DNA of 64,000 nt from an uncultured Armatimonadetes bacterium. GTDB taxonomy: Bacteria; Armatimonadota; UBA5829; DTJY01. Below the pieces are notes generated by a model, which was not told where the DNA came from, did not search any database, and saw only the letters and a list, made by a program, of their open reading frames with translations. The position numbers were made by a program, and so were the translations under genes. The stretch's first letter is position 1. Each line of letters opens with the position of its first letter. Positions 45,170 through 55,083 of the stretch are shown here, in pieces. Location of the stretch: the NCBI GenBank assembly GCA_963717145.1, contig OY970325.1, positions 2,016,001-2,080,000 on the forward strand, read 5' to 3'.

Positions 45170-46282
45170 CTAGCTCCTGTCCACTATCTCGAGGAACCGC
45201 TTGAACAGATATCCGCTGTCCCTCGGGCCGGGAGACGCCTCCGGGTGGTACTGGACCGAGAAGATCGGCAGCTCCATGTGCCGTAGACCCTCGACCGTGC
45301 CGTCGTTCATGTTGACGTGCGCCACCTCCGCGCCGGAGCCTTTGAGACCCTCGGGATCGACCGCATAGCCGTGGTTCTGGGAGGTGATGTAGACGCGCCC
45401 GGTCGCCTTGTCCTGCACCGGATGATTCCCGCCTCGGTGGCCGAACTTGAGCTTGAAGGTCTCGCTCCCGAACGCGCGCCCGAGAATCTGGTGTCCGAGG
45501 CATATCCCCATGATCGGCTTCTTCCCGATGCACTTCCTTACGTTCTCCAGCGCATAATCGAGCCTCGCGGGATCGCCCGGTCCCGGCGAGAAAACGATGC
45601 CGTCGGGATCCGACTCGAGAATCGCTTCGGCCGGATAGTCGCACGGGTAGACGGTCACCTTGTAGCCGAGGCCCGCCAGATTGCGCATGATGTTGTACTT
45701 CACGCCGTAATCTACCAGCGCGATGTGTCGCTGTTCGCTGAGGGGCGCGCCCTCGACACCATCGCAGACCGACTGTCCCTGCCAGGTGTACGGCTTGTCG
45801 ATCGAGACCTTGCGCACGAAGTCGATCAGCCCGTAGTCCGGCGACTCCTCGATCGTCTTCAGCAGTTCCGCGGGCGATGCCTCGGTCGAGATCGCGCCCA
45901 TCATGACTCCGCGCACCCTGAGATGCTTCGTAAGCATCCGGGTGTCGATCCCCTTGATGCCGACGACGCCGTGGCCGGTCAGGAACTCGTCGAGCGAGCC
46001 GACCGACCGCCAGTTGCTCGGCGCGTCGCAGAGGCGCTTGATGATGAACCCGGCGACCTGCACTCCGCGGGATTCGAAGTCCTGCGGCGAGACGCCGTAG
46101 TTGCCGATCAGCGGATATGTCATGGTGAGGAGCTGTCCGGCGAACGATGGGTCGGTGAGCATCTCCTGGTAGCCGGTCATACAGGTACTGAAGACCGCCT
46201 CACCGAGCGTCGTACCGTTCGCCCCCAGGGATTCACCCTCGAATGTTGTACCGTCCGAAAGGACGAGGATCGATTTCTTCAC
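45170..46282 (-). CDS. carA: Carbamoyl-phosphate synthase small subunit
   Basis: MTGYQE.LTDPS, SPGPGDP, GICLGHQ, SQNHGY, QYHPEASPGP. Confidence 0.96.
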   Translation of the reverse strand: MKKSILVLSDGTTFEGESLGANGTTLGEAVFSTCMTGYQEMLTDPSFAGQLLTMTYPLIGNYGVSPQDFESRGVQVAGFIIKRLCDAPSNWRSVGSLDEFLTGHGVVGIKGIDTRMLTKHLRVRGVMMGAISTEASPAELLKTIEESPDYGLIDFVRKVSIDKPYTWQGQSVCDGVEGAPLSEQRHIALVDYGVKYNIMRNLAGLGYKVTVYPCDYPAEAILESDPDGIVFSPGPGDPARLDYALENVRKCIGKKPIMGICLGHQILGRAFGSETFKLKFGHRGGNHPVQDKATGRVYITSQNHGYAVDPEGLKGSGAEVAHVNMNDGTVEGLRHMELPIFSVQYHPEASPGPRDSGYLFKRFLEIVDRS

Positions 46283-46295
46283 AGTGTAACTCCAC

Positions 46296-46378
46296 ATGGT
46301 TGATGGTTTATGGTTTATGGTTTATGGTTGATGCGGACCCAGTCTGCCATCAACCATGAACCATCAACCATCAACCAT
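46296..46378. repeat. Heptamer-arm palindrome, copy 5
   Basis: (ATGGTTK)x5...(CCATCAA)x4. Confidence 0.85.
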
Positions 46379-46386
46379 ACTCTCTC

Positions 46387-46989
46387 TCATGCTTTGCCGA
46401 ATTGATTCTCGGCGATGAATGTGCGCACGTTGTCACGCACCTCCTCGAAGACCCTGCCCTGCCTGACCAGCGAGTCGAGCGCCTGGGAGAGCGTCGTGAG
46501 CGCGTGCAACCTGTAGCCCATCCCGGCCAGTATTTCGCCGCCGCCCTGCTCGCGGTCGAGGATGATCGCCACATCACTGACCTGAAGGCCTGCCCACGTG
46601 AGCGGTCTGATCGCCTCGATCTTCGCCCCGCCGTCGGTGATCACGTCATCGACGATGAGCACCCGCTCTCCCTGCTCGTACTTGCCCTCGATCGTCTTGC
46701 CCGTGCCGTAATCCTTGGCTTCCTTGCGCGGGTAGATCATCGGCAGATTGCCCGCGAGGGACATCGCCACCGCGATCGGAAGCCCGGCATACGGCAGCCC
46801 GGCGATCCGGTCGAACTCGAGCGGGCGGACCATCTCGACCATCTTCTCCGCGACCATCGCCAACGCATCCGGGTGTGAGACCAGGACGCGGAAGTCGACG
46901 TAGACCGGCGACATGATCCCGCTCTTCAGCTTGAACTCGCCGAACTTGATGCATCCGATATCGAAAAGATCATTGTATAGCGTATCCAT
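46387..46989 (-). CDS. pyrE: Orotate phosphoribosyltransferase
   Basis: FGEFKLKSGIMSPVYVD, RKEAKDYG, IVDDVITDG. Confidence 0.95.
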   Translation of the reverse strand: MDTLYNDLFDIGCIKFGEFKLKSGIMSPVYVDFRVLVSHPDALAMVAEKMVEMVRPLEFDRIAGLPYAGLPIAVAMSLAGNLPMIYPRKEAKDYGTGKTIEGKYEQGERVLIVDDVITDGGAKIEAIRPLTWAGLQVSDVAIILDREQGGGEILAGMGYRLHALTTLSQALDSLVRQGRVFEEVRDNVRTFIAENQFGKA

Positions 46990-47044
46990 ACTGTACGTTC
47001 TCCTGTGCCCTTTCCGTTTGACCCTTTCGGTCCAGCCTAGGTCA

Positions 47045-47740
47045 TCAGAGTTTTATCGCCTCTGCAATCAGCACCAGTTTACGAAAAGCATGCGTTTTGC
47101 ATGGCGCTGTGTCGTACGGATTACTACCGGTTTCCGAGTTCGACACCATCAAGGTAACTCTAAAGGTACCCGTGCTCACGTAAAGCTCCCGGGCCCTCGC
47201 AGCACCCAAGGCGACATCAGCAGCGCTCAATGATTCTTCCTGCTGACCACCCATAGAATCCACAACTTCTAAGTGCACGCTACCAAAGCCAAGATCAGGA
47301 ACGGAAGCAGTTACCCTGACCCATTGCTTGCTAGTAGCCCAATGGAACTCTATTTCTCTGGACTGAGACTTGTAGCCAAAGTCTGGGTCTGCCGGACCAA
47401 CTGGCAAAGTGATCTTCTGAGGTTTCGGGTTGGGATCAGACCTCGACCTCTCCTCAGTTGTCTGCTCGCCAGGCGGCTCGGCCCTATGGCCATTCCAGCT
47501 TTCTCCTGGCGGTCTCATAGTGTCCGCTTGTCCTGAAATGGGGGTAGTGGCGGTATTGCCTTGCGATTGCCCTCTGTTTGACCTACCGCTTTCGGTCACA
47601 CTAGGCGGGTGAGACGACGGCAAGGCATCACTGGACCGCTGCCTGCCAGGGAATTGCATCACCATTATCAGAACCGCGATGATCGTACCAACCGCGCCTA
47701 TTGCGGTCCAAACGAGCTGTGGGTTGTAACCTGACTTCAT
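47045..47740 (-). CDS. Hypothetical membrane-anchored protein
   Basis: N-terminal TM segment, low-complexity linker, beta-rich C-terminus; RBS GAGGAG; visibly more A/T-rich than its neighbours. Confidence 0.6.
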   Translation of the reverse strand: MKSGYNPQLVWTAIGAVGTIIAVLIMVMQFPGRQRSSDALPSSHPPSVTESGRSNRGQSQGNTATTPISGQADTMRPPGESWNGHRAEPPGEQTTEERSRSDPNPKPQKITLPVGPADPDFGYKSQSREIEFHWATSKQWVRVTASVPDLGFGSVHLEVVDSMGGQQEESLSAADVALGAARARELYVSTGTFRVTLMVSNSETGSNPYDTAPCKTHAFRKLVLIAEAIKL

Positions 47741-47815
47741 GATGACTCCTCTAGACGAATCCCGTCTCTCAAGCCGTGAGTCGAGGTCTACACGCCACTC
47801 CACCGTTGTACAATG

Positions 47816-48808
47816 CTAGTTTCTGCATACCTGGACTGCCCTCCCCGTTCGCGCCGACTCGATCGCGGCCTCCATGACCGCGACCGCCGCCCGTGCTTCC
47901 GGGCCGCCGGTCTCCGGACGCTTGCCCGTGACGATGCACTCGGCGAACTCCCGGTATTCATCCGCGATCAGATCGAGCTTCTCGCACGGGATGTCCGTGA
48001 GGTTGCCGTCGACATCGTAAAGCTTCAGATTCGACCTCAGGCAGTCGACCTCGATGTAGCCGTCCGTGCCGTAGATGCATGTTTCGGTCTTCGCGGGCGA
48101 GACATAGGTGTCGCCGATGTAGCCGAGCATGCCCGCCTTGAAGCGAACGATCACCTGCGTGACCTCGTCGATCTCGCACGGGAGGCACTTCTTGGCGAAC
48201 ATGGCATTGACCTCGACCGCCGGACCGACCAGATAGTGCATCGTCTCGATCTGATGGATGCCGAGCAGGTTGAGCGGCCCGCCGGGACACTTCTCGTTGT
48301 ACCAGCGCCACTGGCCTTCCTTGAGGGTCCATCCTCCACGGTGCGACTGATGGCCCTCGAGCATGACGACCTCGCCGATCCGACCCTCGTCGATGAGCTG
48401 TCTGGCCTTCCGAACCGCCGGAATGCGTCGAAGGCAGTGACCGACCTGCAGCAGGACGCCCGCATCCTCGCACGCGCCAATGATCCGGTCGCACTCCTGA
48501 AGCGTATTGGCGAGCGGCTTCTCGACGAATATGTGCTTCCCGCGCCCGGCGACCTCTACGGCGACGGGAGTATGGACATGGTTCGGGATGACGAGGATCA
48601 CGCCCTCGATGGATTCGTCACCGAGCACTTCCTCCCACGATACGGCGGGAGGAACCGGCATCTCGATCCGCCGCTGCTCGATCACCTCGGGACTGGCGTC
48701 GAACCAGGTGACGAGATCGAGCACGTCGGCCGTGGCTCTCACCGCCTCGATGCTTCTTTCGCCTCCCCAGCCGCCCAGACCGACCAGAGCAACTCGTGCT
48801 TTCCTCAA
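47816..48808 (-). CDS. Gfo/Idh/MocA-family oxidoreductase
   Basis: VGLGGWG, PNHVH, GKHIFVEKP. Confidence 0.9.
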   Translation of the reverse strand: MRKARVALVGLGGWGGERSIEAVRATADVLDLVTWFDASPEVIEQRRIEMPVPPAVSWEEVLGDESIEGVILVIPNHVHTPVAVEVAGRGKHIFVEKPLANTLQECDRIIGACEDAGVLLQVGHCLRRIPAVRKARQLIDEGRIGEVVMLEGHQSHRGGWTLKEGQWRWYNEKCPGGPLNLLGIHQIETMHYLVGPAVEVNAMFAKKCLPCEIDEVTQVIVRFKAGMLGYIGDTYVSPAKTETCIYGTDGYIEVDCLRSNLKLYDVDGNLTDIPCEKLDLIADEYREFAECIVTGKRPETGGPEARAAVAVMEAAIESARTGRAVQVCRN

Positions 48809-48825
48809 ACCGCTACCTCACTGAA

Positions 48826-48905
48826 TCTCAGACCGCAGACCTTAGACATTGGACCTTAGACCCAAGGCCCAATATCCAAAGTCCAGCGTCCAAGGTCTAA
48901 AGTCT
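48826..48905. repeat. Degenerate heptamer inverted array (CCTTAGA / TCYAAGG)
   Basis: Period-7 units TCTCAGA CCGCAGA CCTTAGA CATTGGA CCTTAGA...TCCAAAG TCCAGCG TCCAAGG TCTAAAG; overlaps the pyrC stop. Confidence 0.65.
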
Positions 48906-50166
48906 ATCCCCAACTATCTTCCCGCCGACGATGGTCTTGACCGGAAGCCCGGTGAGCCTCCGCCCGCCGAGCGGTGTGTTCTTCGACCGTGACTCGAACT
49001 TCGAGGGATCGACCACCCATTCGGCGTCGAGATCGATCACTGTCACGTCGGCCGGCGACCCGACCTCGAGTGAGCCACCCTCGACCCCAAGCACGCGCGC
49101 GGGAGCGAATGACATCTTCTCTATCGCATCCGCGAGCGTGAGGGTTCCCGGTTTCACCAATTCGGTAACCGTCAGCCCGACCGCCGTCTCGAGGCCGACC
49201 ATGCCGTTGAGCGCGACTGCGAACTCGGTCTCCTTCTCTTCGATTGCGTGCGGAGCGTGATCGGTGGCGATGACATCGATCGTGCCGTCCGCGAGTCCCT
49301 CCTTGATCGCCGCCACGTCGTCCGCGGTACGGAGCGGCGGGTTGATCTTCGCGTTAGTGTCATATCCCACGACGGCCTCTTCGGTGAGCGTGAAATACTG
49401 CGGGCAGGTCTCGCACGTGACCCTGACGCCGTCTTCCTTCGCGCGCCGGATCAGGTTGACCGAACCCATCGTGCTCACGTGCTGGATGTGCAGCCGGCAG
49501 CCGGTCATCCGCGCGAGCGTGATGTTGCGGGCGACCATGACCTCCTCCGCCTCGTGGGAGATCCCCTTCAGGCCGAGGATCGTGGACGTCAGGCCCTCGT
49601 TCATGAAGCCCTCCGCGCTGAGTGAAAGATCCTCGCAGTGGACGACGACCGGCACGTCGAGCATCGCGCAGTACTCCATCACACGGCGCATGATGATCGA
49701 ACTCTGGATCGGAAATGCGTCGTCGGTGAACGCAACCGCCCCACCCTCGCGCATGTCGCCCATCTCAGCCATCTCTTCGCCCTGGAGGCCCTTGGTGAGC
49801 GCGCCCATCGGATAGACTCTCACCAGTCCGACCTCGTCCGCACGCCCGAGAATCGACTCGATCACCGAACGGTTGTCGGCCACCGGATTCGTGTTCGGCA
49901 TGCAGGCGACCGCGGTGAATCCCACCGGCGGCCGCGGCTCTCGATCCGGACTCTATATCCTCTTTATACTCGAAGCCCGGCTCTCGGAGGTGGACGTGCA
50001 TGTCTATCAGACCAGGGAGCACGACCTTGCCGGAGACGTCGATCACCTCATCGGCGGTCTCGATCTCGCCGATCTGCGCGATCTTGCCGTCCTCGATGAG
50101 CAGATCGGCGACCTTGTCGAGGTGCTGAGACGGATCAACGATTCGTCCACCCTTAAGCAGCAACAT
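48897..50166 (-). CDS. pyrC: Dihydroorotase, apparent extra G near 49921
   Basis: [36 protein letters not shown]. Confidence 0.94.
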
Positions 50167-51167
50167 CGGCGGGACCTCCTCCCAGCAGCAGATAGAGCAG
50201 CGCCATCCGGACCGCGACGCCGTTCGTCACCTGGGTCTCGACCATCGAAACGCTCGAATCGGCGACATCGGGCATGATCTCGACGCCGCGGTTCATCGGC
50301 CCGGGATGCATCACGATCACGTCGCCCTTGGCGTGCTTCAGGCGTTCCTTTGTGATGCCGAAAAACTTGGAATACTCGCGGATGCTCGGGAAGAGCCCCT
50401 TCTGCATCCGTTCGAGCTGAATCCGCAGGACGTTCACGACATCGACGCCCCTGATCCCCTCTTCGACGTTCGTGTAGACCTCGCACGGAAGCTTCTCGGC
50501 TTCCGGCGGCATGAGCGTCCTCGGCCCGCACGAGCCGAACCTTCGCGCCCATCTTCGTCAGACCCCAGAGGTTGGAGCGCGCGACCCGACTGTGCAGGAT
50601 GTCGCCGACGATCGCGACCGTCAAGCCTTCGAGCGTCCCCTTCGCCTCGAGGATCGTGAGCATGTCGAGGAGTCCCTGGCTCGGGTGCTCGTGCATGCCG
50701 TCGCCGGCGTTGATGACCGACTCCGGGATCAGGCTCGCGGCGAAGGCGGGAGCGCCGGATGCGCCGTGCCGGATGACGAAGACGTCCGGTTTCATGGCCC
50801 GCAAGGTCAGGATCGTGTCCTTGAACGACTCACCCTTCGCCACGCTGCTCGAGGCAACCGCGATGCTCGACGTGTCGGCGCTCAGGATCTTGGCCGCGAT
50901 CTCGAATGAGGTCCTCGTGCGCGTGCTCGCCTCGTAGAACAGCGTGATCACCGACCGTCCTCTGAGCGTCGGGACCTTCTTGATCTGGCGTCCGAGGATG
51001 TCCTTGAAGGAGATCGCCGTCTGAAGAATCAGCTCGATCTCTTCAGCGGACATCTCTTGCAGGCCGAGGATGTCCTTGCGCTTCAGGCGTGACCTCGCTC
51101 CGTCCGGCGCGGTCGGGATGACCACCGGCCTGTCCACGGATTCCTTGATCTGCTTAAGACTCGTCAT
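50153..51167 (-). CDS. pyrB: Aspartate carbamoyltransferase catalytic subunit, apparent frameshift near 50530
   Basis: [45 protein letters not shown]. Confidence 0.94.
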
Positions 51168-51192
51168 GCCGTACCTCCACTGAGCAGACCTT

Positions 51193-51310
51193 CTCTGCCT
51201 CCGACCGTAGGGGCGATCCTTCAACGGTCGCCCGCCTGGTTAGGAATCTGCTCTGGTCCTCCGTCACGCGGGCGACCGTTGAAGGATCGCCCCTACGGTC
51301 GGAGGCAGAG
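51193..51310. repeat. GTAG-type REP doublet between pyrR and pyrB
   Basis: ~43-bp perfect arms CTCTGCCTCCGACCGTAGGGGCGATCCTTCAACGGTCGCCCGC. Confidence 0.85.
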
Positions 51311-51313
51311 CGG

Positions 51314-52057
<744 letters not shown>

Positions 52058-52070
52058 TTAAGTTTCACAC

Positions 52071-52100
52071 ACTATACCAGGCGCCTCCCCACCGTGTCAA
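52071..52100 (-). promoter_or_regulatory. Sigma70 promoter of the pyr operon
   Basis: TTGACA-18nt-TATAGT with an extended TG. Confidence 0.7.
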
Positions 52101-52138
52101 TAGGCTTTTTTTGGCGCGCGTTCTTTTGCATCGGAGCT

Positions 52139-52205
52139 TGTCATTCTGAGCGGAGCGAAGAATCTGTCTGCGCGGGGCTTGGCTCTTCACTCCGCGCAGA
52201 ATGAC
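52139..52205. repeat. TGTCATTCTGAGCG..GAAGAATCT...AGAATGAC palindromic element
   Basis: Terminal inverted GTCATTCTG/CAGAATGAC; a second copy lies at 53339-53537. Confidence 0.75.
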
Positions 52206-52263
52206 GACGGTGCTTATTGTCGTAAGACCGGGCAGCGAAAAAATTTCCCCGGTACTCCTCGAA

Positions 52264-52279
52264 TGGCACGGTTCTTGCA
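52264..52279 (+). promoter_or_regulatory. Sigma54 (-24/-12) promoter
   Basis: TGGCACG-GTTC-TTGCA is an exact TGGCACG-N4-TTGCW match 90 nt upstream of the PEP-CTERM gene. Confidence 0.8.
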
Positions 52280-52368
52280 CTTAGCACTGGTGTACATGTG
52301 ACGCAACAAGCGTATCTCACCCCCCACGTGAGGAGAAGCATATAATCGCGGAAAGGACAGGGACTACT

Positions 52369-53244
52369 ATGAAAGCAATAGCTTGGCCAGTGGTTTTCAT
52401 GACCGTTCTGGCAGGACTTCTAACCCTGCCAGGGACGGCGAGCGCGAGATCCGCGGGGGACAACGCGTTCTTAATCGAGTATGCGAGCACTGTCGAAGGA
52501 CTTGTAGGGCAGGTTGATGACAGCCGGCTTCTGGTGCTGCGTTACGCCAAGTTCTACAAAGCCGATCCATCGACGGTCATCACGTACTTCAAGAACGAAC
52601 TGTCGATTGAGGAACTGACCGAGGATATCGAGGTCAATGTCTATCATCGGAAGGGCACCGACTTCGAGGGCGTTCTGACAAAGTTCAAGAAGGGAACGAA
52701 GGTTTTCGTAAACCGGAATGGGATTCCCATCCTGCAGCTCGGATCAGGCAACCCGATGGTCGATTCGCTGCCGGGCAGCGACGTCAAGAAGCTGCCGAAC
52801 AAGCCTGAGAATGGCACGCAGCCGACAACGCCGCCAAACGGTACGCAGGCAGTGACGAACCCGCCACCGACCACAACGACGCCGCCGCCGACAACGACGA
52901 CTGCGCCGCCGGTCGAGATTGCGAACAATCAGTTGCCTACAACCGTGCCTGGAGCGGCGACATCACCGCTCGGCGCGCCGGCTGAGCCGGTCTCCGCAGT
53001 TCTTGCGTCCGGTCCGATCGAGACGATCACAAGAGGCGGCTCGGGAATCGGCCGGTTGGCAGGATGGATTCTGCCCGTAGGTCTTGCAGGAGCGGCGCTG
53101 ATGGGCGCCGGCGGAGGTGGAGGCGGCAACCCGCCCAACACACCGGATCCCGTCGTGCCAGAGCCCGGAGGTATCCTTGCACTCGGAACGGGTGTGGTCT
53201 CTCTCGCAAGCATGGCTTATCATCGGCGAATCAGAAGACGGTAG
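52369..53244 (+). CDS. PEP-CTERM protein with a Pro/Thr-rich linker
   Basis: Signal peptide, N-terminal domain (KGTKVFVN..G.PIL...GNP, DUF6777-like), PPTTT tract, VPEPGG-TM-RRIRRR. Confidence 0.85.
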   Translation: MKAIAWPVVFMTVLAGLLTLPGTASARSAGDNAFLIEYASTVEGLVGQVDDSRLLVLRYAKFYKADPSTVITYFKNELSIEELTEDIEVNVYHRKGTDFEGVLTKFKKGTKVFVNRNGIPILQLGSGNPMVDSLPGSDVKKLPNKPENGTQPTTPPNGTQAVTNPPPTTTTPPPTTTTAPPVEIANNQLPTTVPGAATSPLGAPAEPVSAVLASGPIETITRGGSGIGRLAGWILPVGLAGAALMGAGGGGGGNPPNTPDPVVPEPGGILALGTGVVSLASMAYHRRIRRR

Positions 53245-53338
53245 TCTGAGGTCCCTGCTCATATTCCCTTAGGGGGAGATGGAGAACGGCAAGACCTGCC
53301 GATCTCCATCTCCCCCATTTGCATTTCAGGCCGCCTGC

Positions 53339-53537
53339 TGTCATTCTGAGCGAAGTGAAGAATCTGGCGTTTGAACTGCCCTCGGTAGCCAGATTCCTCA
53401 CTTCGCTCCTAAGAAAACGCCGATCCCCTGACGACTCCCGTCGTCGGGGCCGCCGCCCGACGACGGGAGTCGTCAGGGGATCGGCGTTTTCTGCTGGAAA
53501 TAACCGCGTTCTGCGCGGTTCGTTGCTCAGAATGACA
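53339..53537. repeat. Nested palindromic composite between convergent genes
   Basis: TGTCATTCTGAGC...GCTCAGAATGACA enclosing perfect 37-bp arms at 53412-53448 and 53456-53492. Confidence 0.85.
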
Positions 53538-53550
53538 TGAATAACGCAGG

Positions 53551-54900
53551 CTAGATCTTCCAGGGCTTGCGCATCGGACGGTTGATGAACTGATTCGCCT
53601 CGTCGTCGTTGATGAATAGCTCCTTCTCGGGGTCCCAGTTCAGCCTCCGACCATGCAGGCGGAGCGAGATATTCCCCAGGTGGCAGATGCTCACCGAGCG
53701 ATGGCCGATCTCGGCATCGCAGATCGGCTGCTTCCGGCTTCGGATGCAATCCACGAAGTCCTTGCGGTGGTCGTTCGACTCGTAGAGCTTGATGGCATTG
53801 GCGGGAAGCGGATCATCGAGCAGCTTCTGATCGCTCGCACGGAGCGCGCCTCTGCTCACGAAGATCCAGCCCTCTTCGCCTTCGAAGTGGACGCCGTTTT
53901 CGCCCTCATTGGTGGCAATCAGCGGTGTGCCGTCCGCATACGTATACGTGACCCCGAACTCCGGAAACGTGTTGTAGCAGTTCTGTCCAACCTTCTCAGG
54001 CGGCACGCCCGTCGCCTCTATCTTGACGGGACCTGTGCGATCGGTGCCGAGTCCCCACTGGGCGATGTCGTTGTGGTGCGCGCCCCAGTCGGTCATCATG
54101 CCGCCGGAGTACTCGAGCCACCATCGGAAGGTGCCGTGCGTACGCTCGGTGAACGTAGTCGGTGTAGAACGCCGGGCCGAGCCACATGTCCCAGTCGAGG
54201 TCGGATGGGATCGGCTTCGCCTCGAACGGACCGCCAGTGGGGCCGCCGGGCAGATGCGCCTCGACCCACTTGATCTTGCCGATCCGGCCGTTCCGCACCA
54301 GTTCGCATGCCTTCCGGAACTGGCTCTCGGAGCGCTGCTGGCTGCCGGTCTGGAACACGCGCTGGTCTCCCTCCAGACCTGGACGAGCTTCTTGCCCTCG
54401 TCGATGGTCAGCGTGAGCGGCTTCTCGCAGTAGACATCCTTGCCGGCCTTCATGGCCGCGATGCAGATGATCGTGTGCCAGTGATCGGGTGTGCCGATGA
54501 CGACTGCGTCGATGTCCTTACGGCTGAGAAGCTCGCGGAAGTCCTTGTAGCCCTTGCAGTCCGGCCCGAATTCCTTCACGGCCTCAGCAAGATGCTGGGC
54601 ATCCACATCACAAGCCGCCACGCACTTGCAGCCTTCGACGCCGGCAATGCCTCTTGCATCACCCAGGCCCATCCGGTATCCGCCCTTGCTTCCCCCGGGG
54701 CCGATGACGCCAAACTGGATCGTGTCATTCGGACCGATCTTCCGCGTCTTCGGAGCAGGCTTCGGCTTGCCGAAGTAGTCGTCCGCCGATGCATCCGCGG
54801 CCTTGGATATCACGATCGGCAGACCAACAGCGGCCAAGCCCGACAGTGAGCCGGTCAGAAACCGGCGTCTCGATATCCCTGAATCTTTCTCGTTCTCCAC
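53551..54900 (-). CDS. Tat-exported Gfo/Idh/MocA oxidoreductase, with two compensating indels near 54360 and 54150
   Basis: SRRRFL, TPDHWH, GKDVYCEKP; FQTGSQQRS...DWDMWLGPA lies in an alternative frame; DWGAHH. Confidence 0.88.
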   Translation of the reverse strand: MENEKDSGISRRRFLTGSLSGLAAVGLPIVISKAADASADDYFGKPKPAPKTRKIGPNDTIQFGVIGPGGSKGGYRMGLGDARGIAGVEGCKCVAACDVDAQHLAEAVKEFGPDCKGYKDFRELLSRKDIDAVVIGTPDHWHTIICIAAMKAGKDVYCEKPLTLTIDEGKKLVQVWRETSACSRPAASSAPRASSGRHANWCGTAGSARSSGSRRICPAAPLAVRSRRSRSHPTSTGTCGSARRSTPTTFTERTHGTFRWWLEYSGGMMTDWGAHHNDIAQWGLGTDRTGPVKIEATGVPPEKVGQNCYNTFPEFGVTYTYADGTPLIATNEGENGVHFEGEEGWIFVSRGALRASDQKLLDDPLPANAIKLYESNDHRKDFVDCIRSRKQPICDAEIGHRSVSICHLGNISLRLHGRRLNWDPEKELFINDDEANQFINRPMRKPWKI

Positions 54901-55083
54901 TCAGAACCCTCCCATACTAGTTGAAGCATGGAAGCGCACGCACTCCCACCTTTACCGATTCGTTACGCACCGGTGACTGATTGTCCTTCCCGGCATTGAC
55001 ACTTCATCATTGCCGTGATACCATATCTCAGGATTACCGATCTGCTTCCCTCCGTGCCCTCTGTGTCTCCTTGGTTGGTTCTC

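Noticed and set aside
52815..52915. Pro/Thr codon repeats as a DNA repeat element
   Set aside because: Explained by the low-complexity linker of the PEP-CTERM protein.
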